Below are positions 16,648-26,067 of a stretch of 64,000 nt of DNA, in pieces. The first letter of the stretch is position 1, and each line of letters opens with the position of its first letter. Under the pieces are notes generated by a model. That model saw only the letters and a program-made list of their open reading frames with translations. It did no database searches and was not told where the DNA came from. Made by a program: the position numbers and the translations under genes. The DNA lies in the IMG/VR virus record IMGVR_UViG_3300036790_000270, positions 1-64,000 of that record; one strand, 5' to 3'. The stretch is from a virus.

Positions 16648-18297
16648 GTGCAAAGTGCTACTTCAGGTGTCCTGTATGGCAGTCAGACACCTCGCTTCTG
16701 GACGTGCCCGCCGCGGCACGTTCACCCGGTGGAGGGCTGCCGTTCCTGCGCGTCGCAGGCAGCTGAGTACCCGGCGGGCACCGGCTGCGGGGACACCCAG
16801 GCTATTGACGTCCTGGCGTGGGCGGCCGACGCCGCCGGGTACGAGCCTGACCCGTGGCAGAGCTGGTTCCTCACCCAGTCACTCGGCGTGCTGCCGGATT
16901 CCACCTGGGCTGCCTCTGACGTCGGGCTGATCGTCAGCCGCCAGAACGGCAAGGGCACCATCCTGGAGATCCGTGAGCTCGGCGGCCTGTTCGTGCTCGG
17001 CGAGGAACTGATCATCCACACCTCGCATGAGTTCAAGACGTCCGCTGAGCACTTCCGCCGGGTGAAGACGGTTTTCGACGATCACCCGGCGCTGCGCAAG
17101 CGGGTCAAGCGGATCGCCGGCTCTCACGGTGAGGAAGCGATCGAGCTGTTCCCGCAGCCCACCTTGATCTTCGGGGCCGGCCGCAGGCAGATCACCCGCC
17201 GTGTTGCCGGGCGCCTGCGGTTCCTTGCCCGGTCTAAGGGCTCCGGCCGTGGCTTCAGCTGTGACTGCCTGGTTTACGACGAGGCGATGATCTTGTCTGA
17301 GGACCAGGTTGCCGCGTCCCTGCCGACCATGTCCGCCCGTGCCAACCCGCAGATCTGGTACGCGGGCTCCGCTGGCGATGAGGACAGTGCCCAGTTCGGC
17401 GCGGTCCGCAACCGGATCGTGAAAAACACCTGCGATCTGTGCGGCGCCGAGTGGAGCATCAACCCGCACAATGACGCCTGCCCCCGCGATGAGGTAACCG
17501 GCCGGCCGTCCAACTACTTCATTACCTGCGCCAAGCATGACGACCGGGACGAACCGCGCAGCTGGGCGAAGGCCAACCCCGGGTACGGGTACCGCATCTC
17601 GGAGAAGTTCACCCGGAATACCGAGATGGCGAACATGCCGCCGTTCAAGTTCGACCGCGAGCGGCTCGGCGTCGGGGCATGGCCGCAGCCGGAAGCGCCC
17701 TGGGCGGTCATCAACGAGATCGCCTGGCAGAAGCTCGCCGTCTCCCAGGAAAAAGCCGGGTTCCCCGTTCAGCCGATCGTGTTCGCCCTTGACATCGACG
17801 AGGACGGCCGGTCCGCCACCATCAGCGCCGCCTGGGACCACGGGGAGTCCGGCCGGGTCGTGCTGGAAATCCCCCGCGGCTGCTCCAGGCAGGGCAGCGA
17901 CTGGATCATGGCGAAAGCGAAGGAACTCTACGAGAAGCGCAAGCCCCTCGCCATGGTCATCCCTAAGAGCGGTCCTGCGGCAGCGCTGATCCCCGAGGGC
18001 CGCAAGCTCTGGCGGGAGCGCTGCGTGGAGATCGGTACCGCTGAGGAGGCCGCCGCGTTCGCCTGGCTGATCCAGCAGGTTCGCGCGGATAAGCTCTGGC
18101 ATTTCGGCCAGGAAGGCGCCCCCACCCTGTGGCACGCTGTCGCCACCGCGGCAACTCGTGTTGTCGGTGACGGCGGCAAGGCCTGGTCCCGGCGTGACAG
18201 CGAGTCCGATATCACGCCGGCCACCAGCGCCACCCTTGCCGCCTACATCCTGAACAGGGACCGCCGTAACTACGACTTGATGTCCTCGATCGGGTAG
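16648..18297 (+). CDS. terL: terminase large subunit
   Basis: PWQ motif, SRQNGKG Walker A, LVYDEA Walker B, WAKANPG, ALDID nuclease motif. Confidence 0.95.
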   Translation: MQSATSGVLYGSQTPRFWTCPPRHVHPVEGCRSCASQAAEYPAGTGCGDTQAIDVLAWAADAAGYEPDPWQSWFLTQSLGVLPDSTWAASDVGLIVSRQNGKGTILEIRELGGLFVLGEELIIHTSHEFKTSAEHFRRVKTVFDDHPALRKRVKRIAGSHGEEAIELFPQPTLIFGAGRRQITRRVAGRLRFLARSKGSGRGFSCDCLVYDEAMILSEDQVAASLPTMSARANPQIWYAGSAGDEDSAQFGAVRNRIVKNTCDLCGAEWSINPHNDACPRDEVTGRPSNYFITCAKHDDRDEPRSWAKANPGYGYRISEKFTRNTEMANMPPFKFDRERLGVGAWPQPEAPWAVINEIAWQKLAVSQEKAGFPVQPIVFALDIDEDGRSATISAAWDHGESGRVVLEIPRGCSRQGSDWIMAKAKELYEKRKPLAMVIPKSGPAAALIPEGRKLWRERCVEIGTAEEAAAFAWLIQQVRADKLWHFGQEGAPTLWHAVATAATRVVGDGGKAWSRRDSESDITPATSATLAAYILNRDRRNYDLMSSIG

Positions 18298-18619
18298 GGA
18301 GGGGTTTCACGCCGCCGGTTTCACCTGGCAGATCACGGTGGAGGCGCTTCGCGGGGCCGGGAGTCTGCCTTGTCCGGCTTGCCGCACGAGGATTCCCCTG
18401 ACCCCGGCTTCAGTGCCCGCGCCTTACAGGCGGTTGGCGTCCTGCTGTGCCTCGTGCAGCGCTAGCTGCTCCCAGTTCTTCCGGGCCCACGACGGGTAGC
18501 CAGGGCCGCCGTTGTAGGCGCTGCCCCGGCCGGAAACTTCGTTCACGGTGTTCCTTTCGCAGAAGACGCTGAACAGATTAGTCATGACAGCGCTAGCCGC
18601 CTCCGGGGTATTCCGCGGT

Positions 18620-19015
18620 TCACGCGCTGAGTGGCTCGTTCAGCAGGGCGATGAAGGCATCGGTCCGCGCGTGCATCGCCGTGATGAAGGCGTCGGTGTC
18701 GCCCGCCGGGACGAGCATCCGGAACGGACCGGAGACGCGGCTGACCGGTACGGGCGCGGGTGCCTCGTACTGCTGCCCCGGGACATCGTTCAGGAAGTCC
18801 CGGAGGCCGGTTTCCGGCCAGTCCCAGTTCTGCCCGTCCCAGTCCGGCATGGTGACCCCGGCGACTTCCTGCTCCCACTGGGTGCGCAGCCTGGTGTCCT
18901 CGGCTGAGTTGCGGTGGTTGTCGCGCAGGTACAGGTAGGCGAGGACGGCCGCCATAAGCAGCAGGCCGATCAGGGTACTGGTGGCAAGTTCCTGCCCGGT
19001 CACGTCAGCAACCAT
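18620..19015 (-). CDS. single-pass membrane protein
   Basis: N-terminal TM helix; coupled to the Rpf-like gene. Confidence 0.55.
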   Translation of the reverse strand: MVADVTGQELATSTLIGLLLMAAVLAYLYLRDNHRNSAEDTRLRTQWEQEVAGVTMPDWDGQNWDWPETGLRDFLNDVPGQQYEAPAPVPVSRVSGPFRMLVPAGDTDAFITAMHARTDAFIALLNEPLSA

Positions 19016-19601
19016 CGCTGGGCCCCCACGGTGAGGTGCCGGCCTCGGCGTACAGCTTCCAGAACGCCGCTGTCTGCTGCGCCTCGCTGTAGTCCCGGGC
19101 CGGCCCGGGAAGGCCGGTGACGTCTTCCCACGTGGTGCTGAGGAAGCCGTACAGGCCGCTGGCGGTACTTGCCGGGTTCTGCGCGTCCGGGTTGCCCCCC
19201 GACTCGCGGCTGATCACGCACGCCTGGAAGCTGCCGTCGCCGGCGGTGGAGACGTCGCCTGAGTAGGTGACGGCGTCTGCCTCGTGCCGGGCGGGAGCGT
19301 GATAGGCCGCCTGCTGGACGGGGGCCGGCTGCGCGGCAAGCTGCTGCAGGTATGACAGGTGAGCCAGGTGCTCAACGTGCAGGAGGTGCCACTGGTGCGC
19401 GTCGTACAGGCTCGCGACGGCCTGGTAAGCCATGGTTCGGACCGTGTTTGACGGGTGCCTGGCCGGGGATGGGGAGGCTGCGGACAGCGTGACCGGGGCA
19501 GCCGAGAAGATAGCCGCGGAGGTGATCAGGAACGCCGTTGACAGGGCCGTCAGGAATACCCGGGACAAGACGCGGAAACGCGCGCTGAGCGTGGTCAGCA
19601 T
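19005..19601 (-). CDS. secreted Rpf-like lytic transglycosylase
   Basis: signal peptide; CVISRESGGN...ASGLYGFLSTTW...QQTAAFWKLY...G.SPW. Confidence 0.85.
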   Translation of the reverse strand: MLTTLSARFRVLSRVFLTALSTAFLITSAAIFSAAPVTLSAASPSPARHPSNTVRTMAYQAVASLYDAHQWHLLHVEHLAHLSYLQQLAAQPAPVQQAAYHAPARHEADAVTYSGDVSTAGDGSFQACVISRESGGNPDAQNPASTASGLYGFLSTTWEDVTGLPGPARDYSEAQQTAAFWKLYAEAGTSPWGPSDGC

Positions 19602-19726
19602 GTATATCCTTACGTCGTTGATTGGTACCGCGCACGGGGAAGGACTTGCCGGTACGACCCCCGCGAAGCGGTCGTTTAACGCCCGACGATAACAGGCTGG
19701 TCTCAGGCTGCGCCATTGAATCTCGG

Positions 19727-19764
19727 AAAAGGGCCCTTCTGGCTAGTCCCCGGAAGGGCCTTTC
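19727..19764. terminator. hairpin between divergent genes
   Basis: AAAAGGGCCCTTC / GAAGGGCCTTT. Confidence 0.45.
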
Positions 19765-19787
19765 GCATGTCAGGTACGCTAGCCGTT

Positions 19788-20051
19788 ATGACCGTTGCAC
19801 TCGACGAGACCCGGGTCGACTTGCTGCTTGGCGAGGCCGACCGGATCGCCACGGCTAACCCGCCGTCGAAGGTCCTCGCCACGGTCATCCTCGGTCTGTT
19901 CACCGCGGTCGGCTGGGTCATCGGGCGCACCTGGTTCTACGCGGCGAAGAGCGTTGCGTTCATCGCGCTCGCCGTTCGCTACGGCTACCGGCAGGGTGCC
20001 AGGGTGCCCGTAGAGCGCAAGAGTCCTTCATCCCCTTCCCAGCTTTCGTAG
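19788..20051 (+). CDS. small membrane protein
   Basis: hydrophobic helices; TACGCT 7 nt before the ATG. Confidence 0.6.
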   Translation: MTVALDETRVDLLLGEADRIATANPPSKVLATVILGLFTAVGWVIGRTWFYAAKSVAFIALAVRYGYRQGARVPVERKSPSSPSQLS

Positions 20052-20055
20052 TGCT

Positions 20056-20142
20056 GGAGGGTTGGCTGAGAGGCAAGGCGCTGGACTGCTAATCCATGGT
20101 CACGGCTGACGCCGTGCGCAGGTTCGACCCCTGCACCCTCCG
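20056..20142 (+). tRNA. tRNA-Ser(GCT)
   Basis: GGAGGGT/ACCCTCC acceptor stem, CTGCTAA anticodon loop, long variable arm, GTTCGAC T-loop. Confidence 0.85.
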
Positions 20143-20143
20143 C

Positions 20144-20226
20144 GGAAGGTACCGCCAGGGCGGCAAACGGCTCCAGAAAAGCCGGGCGGGCACTGCGTCC
20201 CGAGGGTTCGATTCCTTTACCTTCCG
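20144..20226 (+). tRNA. atypical tRNA-Ser(AGA) or pseudo-tRNA
   Basis: GGAAGGT/ACCTTCC acceptor stem, CGGCT-CCAGAAA-AGCCG anticodon arm, variable arm, GTTCGAT T-loop; weak D-arm. Confidence 0.6.
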
Positions 20227-20262
20227 CAGTGAGCTTGCCTATACCGCCCGCTTGACCCCCGG

Positions 20263-20338
20263 TACGCTTACCTGGTAGTGCCCTACGGCCGGTCCCATCC
20301 CCCGGAGCTAGGAGTCCTGACCGAAGGGCGTCCTGGCC
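20263..20338 (+). promoter_or_regulatory. late promoter plus leader hairpin motif A (portal)
   Basis: TACGCT; CCTA-CGG-CCGG...CCGG-AGC-TAGG. Confidence 0.7.
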
Positions 20339-22063
20339 GTGGGGCTGATCGACAACATCCGGGCATCCGCTTACGAAGAGCGGGTGATCGGCGGTGTCCC
20401 GTGGAAGCCCTGGGAGAACCCGTTCTGGCGGTTTGACACCGGCGGCCCGGTGCACCCGACGCGGCAGTTTTACGGGCCGAACGAGGCGATGGGGCTGCCC
20501 GCCCTGTACGCGGGCGTCAAGCTGCTCGCCGACAACGCCGCCTCGCTGCCGCTGCGCGTCTACCAGAATTACAACGACGCCACCGGCTGGCCGAAGCACC
20601 GGCTGTGGAACGGCCCCACCATCTTCGATAAGCCGTCAGTCATCGGGACGTTCTTCGACTGGATGGCGCAGGCGATGGTGTCGGTCCTGCTGCAGGGCAA
20701 TGCCTGGGGGTTCATCTCCGGCAAGGACGGCTACGGGTTCCCGACCGGCATCGAGTGGATTCCGCCGGAGGACGTCTACGTCCTGGAGCCGCAGGACCAG
20801 CAGACCGCCAACCCGCTGCGCGCCAAGGTGTTCGTCTTCGGCCGCGAGGTCACCTGGTACGGTCCCGACGCCGAGGTCTTCCACGTCCGCGGCATCACGC
20901 TGCCCGGCCGCATCGAGGCGATCAGCCCGCTGCGCGCGTTCGCGCTGACGGTCCTGGCGGGCAAGGAGGCCCAGCGGTACGGCACCAGCTGGTACGAGGC
21001 CGGCGGCTTCCCGCCCGGTACCTTCCAGAACGCCGAGATGGAAGTTAACGCAGCTCAGGCGGCTGAGATCCGCGCGTCACTGGTGACCAGCCTGCGGCGC
21101 AGGGAGCCTTTGGTTTTCGGTCGCGACTGGGATTACAAGCCGGTCACCGTGCCGCCGAGCGAGGCGCAGTTCATCGAGGCGATGCAGCTGAACGCCACGC
21201 AGATCGCGGCGATCCTCAACCTGCCGCCCGACCGGCTGGGCGGTACCCGCGGGGACTCGCTGACGTACTCGACGTCGGAGCAGAGCACCCTGCAGATCAT
21301 CGAGGCGCTGCGCCCGTGGCTGACCCGGTTCGAGCAGAGCTTCTTCGACCTGCTGCCCCGCAACCGCTTCACCCGCTTCTACACCGATGCGCTACTGAAG
21401 ACAGACCTGGAAGCCCGGATGAACAACTACCAGGTGATGCGGAACATCGGCATGCGCACCGCTGACGAGATCCGCGAGCTGGAGGACCTGCCGCCGCTGC
21501 CGTCCGGGGTCGGTTCCGAGGAACTGCCACTGACCACCATGAACGCCATGGGCACCCGGGCCGGCGCCATCCCCAAGAGCTTCCTGAAGAGCGTCGTGCT
21601 GGAGATGGACATCGCCGCCGACCGGCTGATCAAGCTGGAGAAGACGATGATCAGCCAGGGCAAGCTACCGCAGGCAACAGCCCCTGCTCCCGGCATGCCA
21701 GGCCAGCCCGGCGCGGGAGGCTCAAGTAGCGGAAGGCCGGGCGCAAGTAGCGCCTCCCCGGCGCCCAGTGCCCCCGTAGGCGGCAAGGTCCCGATCGGGC
21801 TGCCGAATGCCCCGCTGCCGCTCACCCAGGACCCGGCGTCGTTCCTGTCCTCGCTGATCAGCGTGCAGCGCGACATGAGCTGCGACTACGAGATGCGCGA
21901 GCTGGCCCGGCACCTCTACAACTCCATCGCCGAGCGTGCCAACCGGATTGCCCGGGACGAGCCGGACGAGTACGTGCCGTCCTCCCACCTGCTGGCACCG
22001 TGGGTGCCTGGCCGCGACGACCTGCGCGAGGTCATTCTTTCCGCGAACGGGCACCGCAAGTGA
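20339..22063 (+). CDS. HK97-type portal protein with C-terminal extension
   Basis: LLQGNAW, VFHVRG, SPL, EAQFIEA, IAAIL.LPP..LG, MRTADEIRELEDLPP. Confidence 0.93.
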   Translation: MGLIDNIRASAYEERVIGGVPWKPWENPFWRFDTGGPVHPTRQFYGPNEAMGLPALYAGVKLLADNAASLPLRVYQNYNDATGWPKHRLWNGPTIFDKPSVIGTFFDWMAQAMVSVLLQGNAWGFISGKDGYGFPTGIEWIPPEDVYVLEPQDQQTANPLRAKVFVFGREVTWYGPDAEVFHVRGITLPGRIEAISPLRAFALTVLAGKEAQRYGTSWYEAGGFPPGTFQNAEMEVNAAQAAEIRASLVTSLRRREPLVFGRDWDYKPVTVPPSEAQFIEAMQLNATQIAAILNLPPDRLGGTRGDSLTYSTSEQSTLQIIEALRPWLTRFEQSFFDLLPRNRFTRFYTDALLKTDLEARMNNYQVMRNIGMRTADEIRELEDLPPLPSGVGSEELPLTTMNAMGTRAGAIPKSFLKSVVLEMDIAADRLIKLEKTMISQGKLPQATAPAPGMPGQPGAGGSSSGRPGASSASPAPSAPVGGKVPIGLPNAPLPLTQDPASFLSSLISVQRDMSCDYEMRELARHLYNSIAERANRIARDEPDEYVPSSHLLAPWVPGRDDLREVILSANGHRK

Positions 22064-22147
22064 AACGTTGCACGTCAGGTAGCAGGTGCCTACCATTTTC
22101 AATAGACGTGGCGCGTACTGCGCTGTTGCGTTTTAAGGAGACGACAG

Positions 22148-23533
22148 ATGGCTGTTCTTAGCAGCAGCGCACGCGACAACCTCCCCGATTCCGCTTTCGG
22201 TTACATCGAGCCCGGCGGCAAGAAGGTCAACGGCAAGACGGTGCCCGGCAGCAAGCGGCACTTCCCGATCCACGATTCAAATCACGTGAAGAACGCGCTC
22301 GCGCGCATCGCTCAGGGTGCCCGGTTCGGTGACCAGGCCAAGGGGAAGGTCATGGCGGCAGCTAAGCGCATGGGAATCGACCACGACGAGGCCAGCTCCG
22401 GCACCGGCCGTTCCTTCGACTCCCTTTACCCTGAGGTCCGGTTCCTCGCCGACGTCCCCGAGATCCGCAGCATCGGCGACGGCCAGCCCCAGCACATCAC
22501 CGGCTACGCCGCGGCCTTCGGGAAGCTGTCCCGGCGACTCGGCGGCTTCGTCGAGCGCGTCATGCCGACCGCCTTCAACGAGTCACGCGACGCCAACTGG
22601 CCGGACGTCGTCTGCCGGTACAACCACAAGGACGACATGGTCCTCGGCACCACCGCCGCGGGCACCCTCCAGCTGGAGGTGGACGAGCGCGGCCTGCGCT
22701 ACGACGTCGTCCCGCCCAAGCACCGCGCCGACGTGATGGAACTGATCGAGCGCCGCGACGTCCGCTACAGCTCCTTCGCGTTCCGGTGCGCCGTTCCCGG
22801 CACCGATGACGACTGGGGGCTGTCCGACTTCGGCATCCCGCTGCGCTCACTGCACAACACCACGCTGCTCGACACCGCCCCCGTCCTCGACCCGGCCTAC
22901 CGGGACACCTCCGCCGTCGCCCGCAACATGACCGGCGCCGTGGAGTCACTCGCCATGTGGGTGGACGCCGAGCCGGCTGAGGTGCGCAACATGATGGAGG
23001 CAGGCCAGGCCGCCCGCTTCTTCAAGCGCACTGACCGGCCGTCGGCCCCGGGGGCTGAGCCTGTCCCCGTTCCGGAGACCCGGGAGCAGACGATGCTGGA
23101 CGATCCGACTGTCGCCCTCCGGCACTGGACCTACGCCGACGACGACACTGACGTCACCGCTGAGCAGCACGCCGATGAAACGCGGGCGATGCACAACGCC
23201 GACACCATGTGCCGCAAGTACGTGGACGGGGAGCCCTGCGTTCAGGGTGCGGGGCACGACGGCGACTGCAAGGGCCGCTGCTACGGCCGGCCGCACGGGC
23301 TGCCCTGCGCCATGGTCCAGGGGCACGGCGGGGAGCACCAGCCGATGGCTGTCGATGACGGTAACGGCCCCGGCCGCGGGCGTCCCCCCGCGCACCGTGA
23401 CGGCAGTGAGGCAGAAGGCGAAAGCGAGGAGCAGCGTGAGGCTGCTGACCCGGCGGAAAACCGGACGCTGACCGGCCCCGAGGCACTGCTGAAGGCGCTG
23501 GAAATGCGCGGGCAGCTCACCCCGGTCGACTAA
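22148..23533 (+). CDS. HK97-type prohead protease with N- and C-terminal extensions
   Basis: ITGYAAAF, GGFVERV.P.AF, YNH, LGTT.AGTL.L.VDERGLRY, SSFAF, PAY.DT; N-terminal RDNLPDSAF...RHFPIHD..HVKNALAR module. Confidence 0.9.
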   Translation: MAVLSSSARDNLPDSAFGYIEPGGKKVNGKTVPGSKRHFPIHDSNHVKNALARIAQGARFGDQAKGKVMAAAKRMGIDHDEASSGTGRSFDSLYPEVRFLADVPEIRSIGDGQPQHITGYAAAFGKLSRRLGGFVERVMPTAFNESRDANWPDVVCRYNHKDDMVLGTTAAGTLQLEVDERGLRYDVVPPKHRADVMELIERRDVRYSSFAFRCAVPGTDDDWGLSDFGIPLRSLHNTTLLDTAPVLDPAYRDTSAVARNMTGAVESLAMWVDAEPAEVRNMMEAGQAARFFKRTDRPSAPGAEPVPVPETREQTMLDDPTVALRHWTYADDDTDVTAEQHADETRAMHNADTMCRKYVDGEPCVQGAGHDGDCKGRCYGRPHGLPCAMVQGHGGEHQPMAVDDGNGPGRGRPPAHRDGSEAEGESEEQREAADPAENRTLTGPEALLKALEMRGQLTPVD

Positions 23534-23537
23534 GCCC

Positions 23538-23876
23538 GTGGATGACGGCAAGATAGAGCGGCTGCTTCAGGCGATGGAGCAGAGACTCACTGAGAAACTG
23601 GAGATCATCATGTCTGAGCAGAGCCAGCAGCAGATCGACGTCAATAACGCGGGAACGGCCATCATCGCGCTGCTTACTGACATGCAGGCGGACATCAGCA
23701 CGATCGGTACCGGCGTCGCGAGCATCACGGCCGCGCTTGCCGCCCTGCCCGCCTCCGTCGACACCACGCAGCTTGATGCCGACGTCGCGCAGATCGCGGC
23801 AGCGCAGGCGAGCCTCGACGCGGCGGCTGCCTCGGTCGCTAACGCCGTGCCCCCGGTGACCCCGCCCGCGAGCTAA
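23538..23876 (+). CDS. Ala-rich coiled-coil hypothetical protein
   Basis: ORF between the protease and capsid genes. Confidence 0.55.
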   Translation: MDDGKIERLLQAMEQRLTEKLEIIMSEQSQQQIDVNNAGTAIIALLTDMQADISTIGTGVASITAALAALPASVDTTQLDADVAQIAAAQASLDAAAASVANAVPPVTPPAS

Positions 23877-23906
23877 GCTGAAGCCCTCGTCTGGTAGCGA
23901 GGCCCG

Positions 23907-23950
23907 GAACCCTTAATAAGCCCTGTGCTTGTTAAGGGTTCTGCCTTTTC
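23907..23950 (+). terminator. intrinsic terminator
   Basis: GAACCCTTAATAAGC/GCTTGTTAAGGGTTC stem followed by TGCCTTTT. Confidence 0.6.
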
Positions 23951-23969
23951 CGCTGTCAGGTTTGTGCCG

Positions 23970-24046
23970 TAGTCTTGAATTTGAGTTAGCCACGGCCGCG
24001 CGATCTGCGCTGGAGCTGGTCCATCCTGAAACAGGGAGGACTGGCA
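23970..24046 (+). promoter_or_regulatory. late promoter plus leader hairpin motif B (major capsid)
   Basis: TAGTCT; GCCA-CGG-CC...GG-AGC-TGGT. Confidence 0.7.
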
Positions 24047-25414
24047 GTGGCTTCAGACCTTGCCAAGTCGCTTCACGAGCAGGAGCAGGGAGTCTGGGGC
24101 AAGATTCAGTCCCTGGCCATGGCTGCCTCCGCCGAGAAGCGCAGTTTTACCGATGACGAGCAGCGCTCATTCGATGCGATGCACGCTGAGCTGGACGGCG
24201 TTGACAAGCGCCTGCGCGACATCCTTGAGGGTGAGAAGCGCCAGGCACAGACCGACGAGATGTACGCCGGCCTTGAGAAGCGCACGGGCACCCCGGGCAC
24301 GCACCGCCCGCTGAACAAGTTCGAGGAAGAGCTCCGGGCTTTCGCCCGCGGCGAGGTGCGCGCGATCGACGTCATCTCCTCGGAGTCCCGGATCATGCAG
24401 CGGCTGTCCACCGGCCGCCCCGTGAGCCCCACTGAGGTCCGTGTCCTGACCGACGCGTACATGCCGCCCGGCAGCTTTACCAACCAGACAAACGCCGGCA
24501 TCGTCCCGATTGACTTCTACGACCAGCTCCTGAGCTACCTGATTGAAGTCAGCGGCGTCATGCAGACTGGCCCCACGGTGCTGAACACCGCGGGCGGCGA
24601 GCCGATCCAGGTTCCCATTGTCCAGCAGCACACCGGCCTCACCACGGCTGGCGCCCAGGTGACCGTTTCCGCCGCGCAGTCCGCCACCCTGGCGACCGCC
24701 GACCCCGGCTTCGGCCAGAAGACCCTGACGGCGAACAAGTTCGGCATCCTCATTCAGGTCGCGCGGGAGCTGATCGACGACTCCGGCGTCAACCTGCTGG
24801 GCTACCTCGCCATGTCCTCGGGCCGCGCCATCGGTAACGCCCTCGGAAACGCGCTGGTCAACGGCGGCAACGGCATCACCGGGAGCATCCTTGCCGCGCC
24901 CGTCGCGGTTACCGGCGGCTCGGCCTCGGCAGTCAGCGCCACCAACCAGGCGCCCGGCGGCCCGTCCTACTCCAACCTGATCGACATGGAGTACAGCGTC
25001 ATCGCGCCGTACCGCCAGTCGCGGTCCTGCTACTGGCTGGCGGCCGATCACACGCTCGGCAACCTCCGCAAGCTGACTGACGCCATCGGCCGGCCCCTGT
25101 GGGAGCCGTCTACCGTCCTCGGCAGTCCCGACCTCCTGCTCGGCAAGCCGCTGGTCGCCGACCCGTTCATGCCGGCGATGGCCGCGGGATCGAGCATCTA
25201 CCCGATCGCGTTCGGCGACTTCAGCCAGTACTTCGTCCGGATGGTCGGCGGTGTCCGCTTCGAGCGGTCTGACGACTACGCGTTCGGCAGCGACCTGGTT
25301 TCCTTCCGGGCTGTTATCCGCGCCGACGGTAACCTGATGAACCCGCCCGTCTCGGTCACCCCGTCTCTCAAGGGCCAGCCGCTCGTGCTGTTCCAGAGTG
25401 CGGCAACGGGCTGA
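24047..25414 (+). CDS. HK97-fold major capsid protein
   Basis: coiled-coil delta domain, VARELIDDSGVNL, LRKLTDAIGRPLW, LLGKP, AFGDFSQY, FRAVIRADG. Confidence 0.93.
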   Translation: MASDLAKSLHEQEQGVWGKIQSLAMAASAEKRSFTDDEQRSFDAMHAELDGVDKRLRDILEGEKRQAQTDEMYAGLEKRTGTPGTHRPLNKFEEELRAFARGEVRAIDVISSESRIMQRLSTGRPVSPTEVRVLTDAYMPPGSFTNQTNAGIVPIDFYDQLLSYLIEVSGVMQTGPTVLNTAGGEPIQVPIVQQHTGLTTAGAQVTVSAAQSATLATADPGFGQKTLTANKFGILIQVARELIDDSGVNLLGYLAMSSGRAIGNALGNALVNGGNGITGSILAAPVAVTGGSASAVSATNQAPGGPSYSNLIDMEYSVIAPYRQSRSCYWLAADHTLGNLRKLTDAIGRPLWEPSTVLGSPDLLLGKPLVADPFMPAMAAGSSIYPIAFGDFSQYFVRMVGGVRFERSDDYAFGSDLVSFRAVIRADGNLMNPPVSVTPSLKGQPLVLFQSAATG

Positions 25415-25449
25415 TATAAACTAGGAACTCCAGTAGCCGCGGGGTTCAG

Positions 25450-25490
25450 GAGAGGGCTCCTGCTTATTACGATGAAGCAGGAGCCCTCTC
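25450..25490 (+). terminator. 16-bp hairpin after the capsid gene
   Basis: GAGAGGGCTCCTGCTT/AAGCAGGAGCCCTCTC. Confidence 0.6.
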
Positions 25491-25508
25491 TGCCGTACAG
25501 GAGATGAC

Positions 25509-26024
25509 ATGAAGGCTGTCCGGCTTACGCACTCCTGCTGGCTGAACGACCGCGTGCACGGGGATACGGGTGCCATCCTGTTTCTTGAGGATGATGAAGC
25601 GCACGGCCTTATCGTCGTTGGCCTGGGCATGCACGCTCCCGAGCATGAAATCGGCTCTGGCCCTGAGGCGGCGCAGGAGATCCCGGTCGTCAAGCGAGCG
25701 GATGCCCCCACTCCGGACGAGGTACTGGACCAGGCTGACATCAGCTTCGTCGGTCCGGAGGCGGCAGCGGCGCGCATGCAGGAGCTCGTCGACCTGACCG
25801 AGGAGCTGGGCCTGTACGACATCCCGGCGGACGACGCAGCCGCCGCGCTGGAGGAAGCCAGGCACGGGCAGCCGGAAATGACGAGGCCCTGGACGACCGC
25901 GGCAAAGGCCGACTGGATCAGCTGGGCGGTGCACGGCAATCACGGGCAGCCGCCGACAACTGCGGAAAACGCGGCGCTCCTGACGAAAAGCCAGCTGATG
26001 TCCCGCTATGGCGAACGGCTGTGA
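25509..26024 (+). CDS. hypothetical head-associated protein
   Basis: AGGAG RBS; C-terminal P...AAKADWISWAV...TKSQLM module seen after capsid genes in actinophages. Confidence 0.65.
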   Translation: MKAVRLTHSCWLNDRVHGDTGAILFLEDDEAHGLIVVGLGMHAPEHEIGSGPEAAQEIPVVKRADAPTPDEVLDQADISFVGPEAAAARMQELVDLTEELGLYDIPADDAAAALEEARHGQPEMTRPWTTAAKADWISWAVHGNHGQPPTTAENAALLTKSQLMSRYGERL

Positions 26025-26067
26025 CCCTCCTACACTAGAGGCATAGCGACCAGCAAGGAGTCCTCTC

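Noticed and set aside
19601-19790. c-di-AMP (ydaO) riboswitch upstream of the Rpf-like gene
   Set aside because: Expected conserved segments are not visible on the minus strand
20056-20226. tRNAs as a prophage attachment site or host boundary
   Set aside because: Flanked on both sides by core phage genes (terL, portal); no integrase or duplicated tRNA 3' end seen
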